From contig NW_026937104.1 in the NCBI RefSeq assembly GCF_032062105.1, positions 124,001 to 188,000 on the forward strand: a DNA stretch of 64,000 nucleotides. The letters run 5' to 3'. The notes below the pieces were generated by a model. That model saw only the letters and a list, made by a program, of their open reading frames with translations. It made no database searches and had not been told where the DNA came from. A program made the position numbers and the translations under genes. This document shows positions 1 to 11,166 of the stretch, in pieces. Position 1 is the stretch's first letter. Every line of letters starts with the position of its first letter. The stretch is from Saccostrea cucullata. Its lineage: Eukaryota.

Positions 1-1769
1 GGTGGTCTGCGGCGGTCACCCTTTTCTTCATTCTCCCTTTCATCTCTTGGAGGAGGTCTTCGTCGGCGTCCACCTTCTTCATTTTCGCGTTCTTCTTCCT
101 TCTTTGGGGGTCGTCTGCGGTCACCATCTTTGTCATCATCACCGTCACGTTTTGGTGGTGGTCTGCGGCGTTTTCCATCCTCGTCATCATCTTCGTCACG
201 TCTGGGAGGTGGTCTTCTTTGTTTTCTTTCCTGATCGTCGGTACCTTGTTGTTGTATCTTATCTCCACCTTTAAATGAAGAATCTTATATTTAAATGGGA
301 TTATAATGAGACGAATTGATTAATCTTAATGAATAAAAAATGGAACATTATGAAATATGAAAGGAACAAACTAAAATGTTTAAAAAAAAACTAAAAACAA
401 GCATTACCTTCTATTTCATCCAGCATACGCTCAAGAAGATCGATTTCCAAATCATCTGAAACAATAGAGGAGAATATTAAATGTATGACAAAGAAGTGAT
501 CCTGCGGGAAGAGATATGTATGTGATCGGTTTTTTTCTAGATGCCAAATTTTACATGCATCTTCATTGATAATCGATGGTTATTACAGAACAAATGAATT
601 TAGCCGAATAGAGGGCAATCTACATCACACAAAATAAATAATCCTATATCACTATCATTATTTTTTTCAGTTTATTATTCTAAATTATTTTGTTCTAATT
701 TTTTGATATAATTTATATAAAATATAAATATTTACCACGTTCTCCTCCTTTCTTTCCCTGTTTTAAATTAAATTTTAAAATGCAATTATTAAACAAAACA
801 AAATTGTACAAATATATACGAGCTATTGTCATATTGTCTTTCGTTGTACATAATTATGTGGAGTGTAGAGGATCAGAAACCCTTCACTTGAGAAGATTTT
901 ATCATTCATGCAGTGCAAAAATTTATGCAAAAGTTTTTCTCACTATATCGGGCATAGTATATAGATTTAAAAAAAATAGCACAAGAAACAATTAATTTTG
1001 TTCATGAAAGATTTGAAAAGTTTAAAATACATTGTACATCTGAATATTATTTCTCATCGTAAGGCACTCCCATGAATCTAGGGTATTTTTCGATAATGTT
1101 ACGATAATGTTACATGTATATATTATTCTGAATTTAATTAATTCAAAAAAATCGAATAAAATAAATTATATGTTAAAAAATTCAAATATTAATAAATTAA
1201 ATATTAAAATGATTTAATTTAATGATTAGGCGTACATAAACCAAACTTTTTTGTCAAGATTTGTTTTTGGAAGATCTGAAACGTTTAAAATAAAATTCAA
1301 TTTCTCATCCTTAAACACTTCTATGTTTTGTTTTTTGGGTTTTTAAAGCATGAATTTGAAGTGTTTTCTTAATTATTTAAATGAATATATTTACTTCTAA
1401 ACATCGAGTAAAATATATTCTTCAAAAAAAGAATCGTAATATTGATTATGATATCCGTCATTTTGACATAAGAAGTAACTAACACTGATTTAATTTAATG
1501 ATTGTGCATACAAGTACATAAATAAAACTATTCTGTCAATCCAGTAATTGATTTTTTAAAGTATTAAAATAAAATAATTAAGTTACTCCATACCATATAT
1601 TTAAAAACTTTAAACAAAGCATGTAAATTTTTTTACGCATTTGAATTTTTTTTTAAATTATGAATTATAAAAATGATAATTTTTTTAATGATGTGATTAC
1701 CTTCGGGGGTCGGGCCTGCACTAACAGGAATCCACAAAGGAGGGCGACGCCAAGAAGTGCGATCCTCAT
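1..1769 (-). CDS. Secreted, highly charged Arg/Pro/Asp/Glu repeat protein, 3'-partial; join(1701-1769, 736-757, 408-455, <1-268)
   Basis: Exon 1 reads MRIALLGVALLCGFLLVQA-RPPK|gtaatc (signal-peptide-like). Then a 22-nt exon GKKGGER, a 48-nt exon DDLEIDLLERMLDEIE, and an open exon GGDKIQQQGTDDQERKQRRPPPRRDEDDDEDGKRRRPPPKRDGDDDKDGDRRRPPKKEEERENEEGGRRRRPPPRDERENEEKGDRRRP. All junctions are GT/AG and phase-compatible (0,1,1). Confidence 0.85.
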
Positions 1770-1815
1770 GTTCTCTTTTCTCCTCTCTCCCTGCTCCGGT
1801 CCTGGTCAGCTCCCC

Positions 1816-1823
1816 CTTATATA
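1816..1823 (-). promoter_or_regulatory. TATA box of the secreted repeat-protein gene
   Basis: TATATAAG followed by GGGG, about 50 nt upstream of the ATG at 1769, implying a roughly 25-nt purine-rich 5'UTR. Confidence 0.7.
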
Positions 1824-2257
1824 TGTCCCACGGTACCCCAATTTCTGACCGAGTCAAATCGCCTTACGGGGCCCTCTATTGATTGCGAATCTTTTTAGAG
1901 TTTATATTTACAACATTATTTTTATTTCGCTTTGTTAAAATCTTACCCCCAAAAAAGAAAAGTTTATTAGAGACCATGACTTCTCATCACGAACTCTCCG
2001 AATGTAAACCAGAATAAAGATTAAAAAAGAGGTCATTTAATTTTTTTCTTATTGTTATCTGTGTGATTAGAATGTATTTTTCTTTTTCTCATATAACGAA
2101 AAAAGTACTAGTGTTATTAGTTGAAATCATCCAAAACAGCTGTTCCACGTAGTAAATTTTGAAATGTTCATAGTTTAACATTAAGAATTTTTAAAAGTTT
2201 ATTATATAAGGTATGTCATTCGACAGTTTTTGAGAAAAGTTCACGCAAAACTTCTTA

Positions 2258-2640
2258 CTTTGATTTAATTTGATTTAAACATATTGTATTGAACACAATC
2301 AATAGGATTGGACACAAGTTATGCCAACTTAGATTGTCCTCTCCAACACAAACAAAAATAACAAAAATATATACACGTGATGTACAAGCAACAAATATAC
2401 AATAATATAAAAGAAGAAGAAGAAAGGGGTGCAGAGAGATAAGAAAGGAGGGGAGTGCAAGGAGAGAAGAAATAAAAAGGGGGGTTGTAAAGGATACAAA
2501 ATGGTTACGCTGGTTATTCATAAAATCTTTTTGATTTTTTAATATATTTATGTACAGCTTCAACAATACTGATATTATTTTGTTGACACAATTCTGGGTC
2601 CCCGAATAAGATAATGTCAAGATCTATTGCTCCATTGTTA
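2258..2640 (-). mobile_element. 5'-truncated CR1/L2-group LINE 3' end
   Basis: Minus strand encodes ILFGDPELCQQNNISIVEAVHKYIKKSKRFYE*, a typical ORF2 C-terminus. A CT-rich 3'UTR and a tail ...ATATGTTTAAATCAAATTAAATCAAA follow. Confidence 0.65.
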
Positions 2641-3974
2641 TTCTGTATAGTGTTGAACTTCTTACTTCAAAACTATTTATTGCTTTTATCTTTGTTGTAT
2701 TTTTCTGTTTTGTTTTCTGTCATAAATACTGAGTACTGAGAGAAAATATTTTTGAATTTAAATTTAAAATAATTTTTTTTTTAAAAAAAGATAATAATGT
2801 GGGTTTTTCTGGAATAGTGGATACGATTACTGATTAAAAATTGAAATAAATTGTCATTTCAATTGATTTTTTAGGATTGAAAGTTTTGTATGTGCTTATG
2901 CGCTATTTGGCTACATATTTAAAAACAAAAACAAAACAACCTCAATGACTCTGAAAAAAAAAAATAATGAATTTGATTTAAGTTGAATAGGGAAGGAAAG
3001 TAAGTTAATCATAGAAAAATGATAAAACTATTGATTTACAGATATATATTACATGGTGTACAATTGTTAGGAATCTTAGGCCTGGCTCTGCTATGACATG
3101 TTAGATATAAACGTTTCAACATCAAAAGAAGATCGGATACAAATGAATATTAGTAAAGAGTCGCCAACAGGTTGATTAATAAATTAAATAAACTATTTAA
3201 TAAAGTACGTCTACAATCGTGCATATTGACCGCTGTAAGCTTAATAGTATTCTTTATGTTCTACCATTCAGCGTCCCTATTGGAATTAAATCTATTCTAT
3301 TAGGTTAAGTGTCGACAATGAGATAGGTAAACATTGTTCCACCTGCTAAGGACACATTCGGAAACCTTTTATTTGTCAATGTAAATATTTTCAAGATTTA
3401 CTGAAAAGCTGCTTTTCTCACGAGCTTTTATTCGGATTTAAAGAATGCTGACTGAAAGGAAAAAAATGGATTCGGGAGTACATGCATTGTCTGTGGTAAA
3501 GTTAGCAATGTCACTTTCGTGATGATATAGGCATATTTAACAATTAGAAGAAGTTATATATAGTACATATCAAGTATGATAGGGTCGAGATCATTTTAAA
3601 TGTCAAAAAACAGAGTTATTTTTTCCTTAGATACATCTAAGCATAAGAAATAAAACTGATCTGTTTACTTTCTCAAAATATACATGCCAAGGGGATACAT
3701 ACATAGAAAAATAGGGAGAAAAAAACCAAAGAACATATTGTTAATAAAAATGTGGAAATAATATATAAAAAACACTTCTTACTTTACTAACTTACAACAT
3801 GAAAGTATACCTACGGTGTTTGGAAATTTATATGATCAAGAAATGTTTGTTTTCTAATAATTATTCTGTTCGTGTTGGGCCTCTTTTCATGAGTTAAATT
3901 TCACTTAAATTATTCATAAATGACTCATATATATGCTTTGTTCAGTTTCAATAACTTTTCTTCATCTTATTTAA

Positions 3975-4150
3975 TAAACCAAAACAATATTGGGGAGAAG
4001 GTAGGTACTTAAATATTAAGAAAAAAAATAATTTATTTAGCCAAAACAATATTTGGGAGGAGGTGGGTACTTAAATATTAAGAAAAAAAATTATTTAACC
4101 AAAACAATATTGGGGAGGAGGTGGGTACTTAGATATTAAAATAAAAAAAA
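3975..4150. repeat. Three tandem copies of a ~60-bp unit
   Basis: CCAAAACAATATTGGGGAG(A/G)AGGT(A/G)GGTACTTAAATATTAAGAAAAAAAA occurs three times. Confidence 0.85.
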
Positions 4151-4230
4151 ATATTTTTTAAGTTTTGCTGTCGTCCAAGGGTATTTTCATCTTTTCAGGC
4201 ACATTTCTTATTTCCCTGTTCTGAAAAGAC

Positions 4231-4730
4231 CTTAATGGTAATCTAACAACCAATCTTTATGAAAGACGTGATACTATGCTTTCAATCATCAACTTCTCTT
4301 ACTTATGCAGCAATATACCTGCATACGGGGTCTATATCTCTAAGCTGATTCGATAAGCAAGAGCATGCTGTACCTATGTACAATTTCTGAACGAAGTGAA
4401 TTGTTGACAAACAAATTAATGAAACAAAAATAACAAAGTCTGGTTTAAAGTCATCATTTCCTAAGTTCTTTGGTCGATTCAATGACCTTGTCAGCAAATA
4501 CAATTTATCATTGACTCAAATGCTGACTAATTTTTTTTTACTAATTGCTAGTCCATTATTTTCACACTGAATTGACGACGGGTTTCTACGTTATTTCCTG
4601 ATCATGACAAGGAACACACGGCGGGTGTGACCTGTCGGCAGGGGATGTTCATTCCTCCGTAGCACCTGATCCCGCTTCTGATGGTTTAGATGCCCGTGTT
4701 TGCTCTGTTCCTTTTTTTTGTATTGTTTGA
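4231..4730 (+). mobile_element. Degenerate 3' fragment of a Penelope-like (Naiad-type, C-terminal RT) retroelement
   Basis: Encodes a broken RT thumb NFSYLCSNIP..AYGVYISKLIR*ARAC..LKSSFPKFFGRFNDLVSKYNLSLTQML, followed by the conserved 3'UTR ACACGGCGGGTGTGACC..GGGGATG..CACCTGATCCC. Confidence 0.7.
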
Positions 4731-5994
4731 TGGGCTTTTGAGTTTAAATATTGTTCTCCATATATTTCATTCGCAAAACTTTCACTTCATCATTTCATTT
4801 AATGTCTTTTATACGTTTTTAGGTTTATACATTTTTTTAATTAATTTCTTTCGGGTAGTTTATTTCCTCTTAATGAGTTTAAGTGATTTTGTAATTAGTT
4901 TGACAAATTTAAAATCCCACATGTAAACAGAGCTTCTCTCTTTATTTACGACAAATTTTGAAAATGTCATACCTTTTAGTTCTGCTATTTGTGCATTTTT
5001 ATTTAAGATCCTTGTCGATTCTTTATCCAAAATGTTTAATTTTCAAAAATAAATCATTTGTTGCCTGTAAGCTTTTCTTCCTACTGAAATTTAAAAAAAC
5101 GCCCAGCAATTTCACGATTATAATAAGCTTTTGATTTAATTTTAAACTTCAAAAGTGAAAAAATACAATCCATCTTTGATCAAAGTAAAACATTCTTATT
5201 TTAACGATATTAAAACAAAGTTCTAGATTCATGTAGCAATTGTTAATTCTTAACTGAAATATATGTGTACTTAGCAAATCAACACACAAGTCAACGTATA
5301 CTCTAAGATTGTTTGTAAGTATAGCTTGGGGTATATTTAAAATCTATATAGGGTCTAAGTACATTCTTCAGATGAATGTCTAAAATAAAGAGTATGAATA
5401 TTGTTCCACCTGTCAAAGAAAGATTTGAGACTTTAAAAATATTACCACAATTTAAATGAAATATCGTCTTTTTCTCACGAGCTTTTCCCTGGCTTACAGT
5501 TCGTTGTTATTGTAAAAAGTCACGATGGGTATATTTCTTTTATAATCCTATTGTGAAGTTAACTCATTAAATGTTCAATCACAAAATTACCGTATAGAAA
5601 TTCAAAACTAATATGCATAATCAAATTCTTTAAACACTTAACTTATACCAGTTTCTGATGGTTACATCATTTATAAGCTTTCATTGCATCTCGATTCCAG
5701 CGCTAGCTGCAAGACAACTTTGAATTGCAAACAAACCTCACTAAAAATTTCTCCCTCTTTCATTTGGTTTAATATATATATGGGCGATAGAAGAATCAGG
5801 CTCCGGGGCAACAAAACTTGTCAGGTGAGCTCACCCTTCATCCTTCATCTCAGTCTCACTTTTTTTACACAAGAATAAATAGTGGAAAAGTGAGACTTAG
5901 ATCAAAAGTGAGCTTGTCTCAGTTTTATGGCCCGTACTTAGATGGATGTAAAAAGCTCACATCAAGCGGCTGAGGGGCAATACGAAAAGCATGA

Positions 5995-6650
5995 AAAATA
6001 TGGAGACAACGAACAGTATTCAAGATCAAAAGTCTTTAAAACAATACAAAATAGGAGCAGAGCAAACACGACCTCCAAAACATCGGAGGTGGAATCAGGT
6101 GCCATGGAGGAATGAGCATCCCCTGCTGACCGGTCACACCCGCCGTGTGCCCTCTGTCACGATCGGAAAATAACAGAAACGTCAATTCATAGTATAAATA
6201 ATGGACTAACAATTAGTATGAAAAACGTCAGTCAGCATTTGACTCAATGACAAATTGTATTTGCTGACAAGGTCATTGTATCAACCATAAAACTTAGGAA
6301 ATGATGACTTGAAACGAGACTGCTGAGGTCCTTGTTTCATCAACTTTTTGATGTCAACTTCAGAGTACTTGTGTGTACAATCAGACTGTTGTTAAACAAA
6401 GTAATTTTACAAATGACCAATGGCAGGGTAATTAAATTTTCGAGCTCCATTTTTATTGAAAAAGCAGCTGTCAATGATATCGAAAAGCATGGACTTTAAT
6501 TTATCGTGGGGGATGGTTGTGTATAAAGTTGAAAAATCGTAAGTTTTTAAGCTGTTGATTTTGGTAAAATCTTGTGATTTCAAACTGTCTAAAAGTTCCT
6601 TGGAATTTTAATTTTAAGTATCTACATCTGATTTACACCACTTCTTGAGT
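5995..6650 (-). mobile_element. Internally deleted Naiad-type Penelope-like fragment
   Basis: Same 3'UTR and thumb as 4231-4730 in reverse. 6351-6600 encodes the RT motif LKTYDFSTLYTTIPHDKLKSMLFDIIDSCFFNKNG, fused directly to the thumb region near 6350. Confidence 0.7.
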
Positions 6651-6792
6651 ATATTATTGCACAGTACTCTTGAAGTTTCTCCTTCACTATTGTAAGTATC
6701 TTAGTAAGGAGTAAAGAAAGAGGCTTCGTTGAACGTTTACTGGAACCCGCTATATCTTTGTAAGGTGTAAGGATTCTTATGAAGTTTTCGAA

Positions 6793-6796
<4 letters not shown>

Positions 6797-6880
<84 letters not shown>
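6797..6880. repeat. (TA)n microsatellite
   Basis: Pure TA run flanking the Penelope 3' end. Confidence 0.97.
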
Positions 6881-6885
<5 letters not shown>

Positions 6886-8710
6886 TTCAAGATGTCCTTG
6901 GTATAGGTATGTACATATAGAAAAATAATCCAGAGTTTGGAAAAGATGATCACATTTTATTCCAAAGCGCTTTCGCCATTCGGCTCTTCAGTGGATTTTG
7001 AATAACAATAGCAACATGACATGATAACGTCGTTATTATGACGTCATAATTAAAGGACAACGTTAAAATTTGGCGCAAAATATGTCCGTAGAAAGCGCCA
7101 AATTAAATAGACTTGACACTGTAAATGATACATATTTACACAATAACAATCAATAATTAATAAATTTTAAAAACAATATTAACAGTCATTGATTAAATCA
7201 GAACATTTATCTGTTTAGTTTAGGCTTAAATTTATCAATGAAATATTGTTCTTTGGCCCGCCGTAACTGTTCATTTTCCTCAGTAACTTTATAAAACGGA
7301 AAGATACTAAAACGTCCTTTACCGCATTGTTCAAAATGTTCGCTGCACGGAGTATTTCTTACGGAGGGGTCCCTTATCTGCTGTTTGTGTACTCTAAACG
7401 GTCGGATATTTTATTCCCTGTTTGACCAAAAGTCATGCAATAAATGACGTTCTTGGTTTTGCAGTTCATATTATGTTGATCTTTAAAATCTATTCCTGTT
7501 TTAAATGTGAATGATTCTCCGATTTGTATAAAATCGCAAGTTCCACAGCGTGGATCATTTTGTAAATCAAATTCTTCTCCGCAAAGGTCGTTCAGGCACT
7601 GTTTCGTTGTGTTAAAGAATGATTTTTTGGATTCGAAAACGAATGGAATTTCTGTGTGCATATTATCGGATTCATTCTTTCTGGAAGTTCTGTAATTGGG
7701 ATTGCTTCGGCTTTTCTTATCGCTTCGGCTATAAGATTTTGTGGATATTTTTGGCGGCGTAGAAAAACTTAATTCTTCTAGTCTTTTTGTCCGACGTTTT
7801 TCGTTCGTAACTATTGTACATATTCTTCTTGCCAAATTAAATGGTATATTCCGCTTCGTATGTGAAGGGTGGCAGGAATTAAAAAGAAGATACTGGTGTC
7901 TAAAATCTGTGGAAATGTTGGTGTTTTCCTTTATTATAAGTATATCCAAAAAAGGAAGTTCTCTTTGACTGGTTTCGATAGTAAATTTGATATTTCCGTG
8001 TAATCCATTAAGTAAAGTGTGAAATTCCTTTAATTTTAAGTATTTGTCCCAAAAAATAAAACAATCGATTTAGATAACGTTTCCATTGATGTCTTATATA
8101 ATTAAACTTTTTCGGTTTCAGTGTACATCTTTTTATTCAAGGAATCCTAATACTAGCAGTACCTTTCACTTGTAAAAAGTACCTGTTGTCAAAAAAGAAA
8201 TCGTTATTTTCCAGAACCAGTTGCAATCCTTCTAATATAAAATCCTTGGTAAATCTAGGGTCTATCTGGTTTTATTGTACCCAGAATGATATTCTTAGTC
8301 CCAAGGTGTGTGGTATATTTGTATAAAGGCTAGTCACATCAAAGCTTACCAAAATGGTTTTTTCCTCAACTTTCTTAGGGATGTGGTGAAGAAAGTCCAT
8401 ATCGTCACGGATGAAACTTGGTACTAGCTGACAAAGAGGTTTCAGAATTATATCTAACAAGTTACTTAGTCTCTGAGTAGGACACGATGGACCAGCTACA
8501 ATGGGTCTAAGTTTTAAGTCTTCCGGTTGTGGTAATTTAACATAGTTAGATTTCCTTCCCTGTATACCGTCTTTTATTTCCTTTGATTTATGAATTTTAG
8601 GAAGTCCATAGAAGTTACTGTTTTTAACTTCAAATTCCAGAAGGTATTCTTGTTCCTTTTTAGTAAGAATACTTGAGAATTTAGATGTAAATTTGCTTAA
8701 TTTATGTCAT

Positions 8711-8713
<3 letters not shown>
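6881..8713 (-). mobile_element. Penelope-like retroelement (Neptune type), 5'-truncated, multiply deleted copy
   Basis: Encodes FYGLPKIHK..LRPIVAGPSCPT..LVSFDVTSLYTNIP (PLE RT) and the endonuclease C-terminus. Near-identical reverse complement of 8790-10446. Confidence 0.9.
6957..7005 (-). ncRNA. Minimal type I hammerhead ribozyme (Penelope terminal repeat)
   Basis: Reverse complement of the motif at 10360-10408. Confidence 0.8.

Positions 8714-8791
<78 letters not shown>
8714..8791. repeat. (TA)n microsatellite spacer between the inverted Penelope copies
   Basis: Pure TA run. Confidence 0.97.
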
Positions 8792-8793
<2 letters not shown>

Positions 8794-8956
8794 ACTTTCT
8801 TCACCACATCCCTAAGAAAGTTGAGGAAAAAACCATTTTGGTAAGCTTTGATGTGACTAGCCTTTATACAAATATCTAGAGGCAATATCATTCTGGGTAG
8901 ATAAACATGAAAACCAGATAGACCCTAGATTTACCAAGGATTTTATATTAGAAGGA

Positions 8957-10051
8957 TTGCAACTGGTTCTGGAAAATAACGATTTCTTTTTTGACAACAG
9001 GTACTTTTTACAAGTGAAAGGTACCGCAATGGGCACAAAGGTAGCCCCAACTTACGCTACGCTAGTATTAGGATTCCTTGAAGAAAAGATGTACACTGAA
9101 TATATGGAAATCTCCAATTATATAAGACATCAATGGAAACGTTATCTAGACGATTGTTTTATTTTTTGGGACAAATCTGAAAGAGAATTAAAGGAATTTC
9201 ACACTTTACTTAATGGATTACACGGAAATATCAAATTTACTATCGAAACCAGTCAAAGAGAACTTCCTTTTTTGGATATACTTATAATAAAGGAAAACAC
9301 CAACATTTCCACAGATTTATTCTACAAGGAAACTGACAGTCACCAGTATCTTCTTTTTAATTCCTGCCACCCTTCACATACGAAGCGGAATATACCATTT
9401 AATTTGGCAAGAAGAATATGTACAATAGTTACGGACGACAAACGTCGGACAAAAAGACTAGAAGAATTAAGTGTTTTTCTACGCCGCCAAAAATATCCAC
9501 AAAATCTTATAGCCGAAGCGATAAGAAAAGCCGAAGCAATCCCAATTACAGAACTTCGGAAAGTGAACAGAAAGAATGAATCCGATAATATGCACACAGA
9601 AATTCCATTCGTTGTCACTTATAATCCAAAAAATCACAACATCTTTAACACAACGAAACAGTGCCTGCCCATACTTCAACAATCAAGAAATATGAACGAC
9701 CTTATTGCGGAGAAGAATTTGATTTACAGTAGAAGACAACCGCCAAATTTGAAAAAAATCCTCACCAAAGCCAAATTCACCTCTACAAAGGAAATATTTA
9801 CAGTTTCCAAATGTGATGATCCACGCTGTGGAACTTGCGATTTTATACAAATCGGAGAATCATTCACATTTAAAACAGGAATAGATTTTAAAGTTCAACA
9901 TAATATGAACTGCAAAACCAAGAACGTCATTTATTGCATGACTTGCCGTGGTTGCGGAGAAAATTACATTGGTCAAACAGGGAATAAAATATCCGACCGT
10001 GTTAGAGTACACATTTGGTATAAGAAATACTCCGTGCAGCGAACATTTTGA
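8957..10051 (+). pseudogene. Partial PLE reverse transcriptase + GIY-YIG endonuclease ORF (truncated, frameshifted near the C-terminus)
   Basis: 364-aa ORF with GTAMG, RYLDD and VIY..YIG motifs. It lacks the N-terminus, and a deletion near 10014 shifts the frame. Confidence 0.88.
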
Positions 10052-10359
10052 ACAATGCGGTAAAGGACGTTTTAGATCTTTCCGTTTTATAAAGTTACAA
10101 GGAAAATAAACAGTTACAATATTTCATTGATAAATTTAAGCCTAAACTAAACAGATAAATGTTCTGATTTAATCAATGACTGTTAATATTGTTTTTAAAA
10201 TTTATTAATTATTGATTGTTATTGTGTAAATATGTATCATTTACAGTGTCAAGTCTATTTAATTTGGCGCTTTCTACGGACATATTTTGCGCCAAATTTT
10301 AACGTTGTCCTTTAATTATGACGTCATAATAACGACGTTATCATGTCATGTTGCTATTG

Positions 10360-10408
10360 TTATTCAAAATCCACTGAAGAGCCGAATGGCGAAAGCGCTT
10401 TGGAATAA
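10360..10408 (+). ncRNA. Minimal type I hammerhead ribozyme
   Basis: TCCA-CTGAAGA-GCC(GAAT)GGC-GAA-AGCGCT-T-TGGA: catalytic core boxes, stem II, palindromic stem III, and stem I TCCA/TGGA extended by TTAT/ATAA. Confidence 0.82.
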
Positions 10409-10445
10409 AATGTGATCATCTTTTCCAAACTCTGGATTATTTTTC

Positions 10446-10522
<77 letters not shown>
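10446..10522. repeat. (TA)n microsatellite with a short (CA) interruption
   Basis: Direct reading. Confidence 0.95.
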
Positions 10523-10524
<2 letters not shown>

Positions 10525-10612
10525 GGTAATTCAAATTCATTTTGGTTCTTTGGGATATCAAAATTATTTAAAACTGACATGATTTTGAAGAATTTCTTAC
10601 TTAGAAAGGAAA

Positions 10613-11166
10613 ATATATGGAGATAACGAACAGTATCCAAGATCAAAAGTCCACAAAACAATTACAAAATAGGAGCAGAGCAAACACAGACCTCCAAAAC
10701 ATCAGAGGTGGAATCAGGTGCCATGGAGGTATGAGCATCCCCTGCCGACCAGTCACACCCGCCGTGTGCCCTCTGTCACGATCAGAAAATAATGGTAAAA
10801 TCCGTCGTCAATTTAGTGTATAAATAATGGACTAACATTTGGTATGAAAAACGTCAGTCAGCATTTGACTCAATGATAAAATAAATTTGCTGATAAGGTC
10901 ATGTATCATCCATAGAACTTATGAAATGATGACTTTACATGAGACTGCTGAGGTCCTTGTTTCATCAACTTGTTTGTTAATAATTTAGCTCGATTTAGAA
11001 ATTGTTCCTATGTAGAGCATGCTCTTGCATATCGAATCAACCGAGATATATAAACTCTGTATGTAGGTGAAGGTATAATGCTGCATAAGTAAGGGAAGTT
11101 GATGACAGAAAAGTTAAAAAGTCATCAAGTTTATCATGAAGCTTGCTTGTTAGATTACCATTAATG
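10613..11166 (-). mobile_element. Naiad-type Penelope-like 3' fragment
   Basis: Close homologue of 5995-6350 and of the reverse of 4231-4730; contains the RT thumb remnant and 3'UTR. Confidence 0.7.

Larger units (their letters stand above)
8790..10446 (+). mobile_element. Penelope-like retroelement (Neptune type), 5'-truncated copy
   Basis: RT motifs FDVTSLY, GTAMG, RYLDD and LPFLD; Cys linker KCDDPRCGTC; GIY-YIG endonuclease NVIYCMTCRGCGENYIGQTG; 3'UTR with hammerhead ending in (TA)n. Confidence 0.92.

Noticed and set aside
2-274. His/Val-rich 90-aa plus-strand ORF
   Set aside because: It is the antisense shadow of the minus-strand RRRPPP/acidic exon, which has splice sites and a signal peptide.
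1633-1857. ORFs 1633-1857 (-) and 1660-1848 (+)
   Set aside because: Wrong frame or strand over the promoter and signal peptide exon.
4231-4730. Selenocysteine recoding or SECIS in the Naiad-like fragments
   Set aside because: The visible in-frame stop is TAA and comes with frameshifts, i.e. decay. I could not identify a convincing SECIS.
8697-8891. YIYIYI-rich ORFs (also 10437-10661)
   Set aside because: Translations of (TA)n microsatellites.
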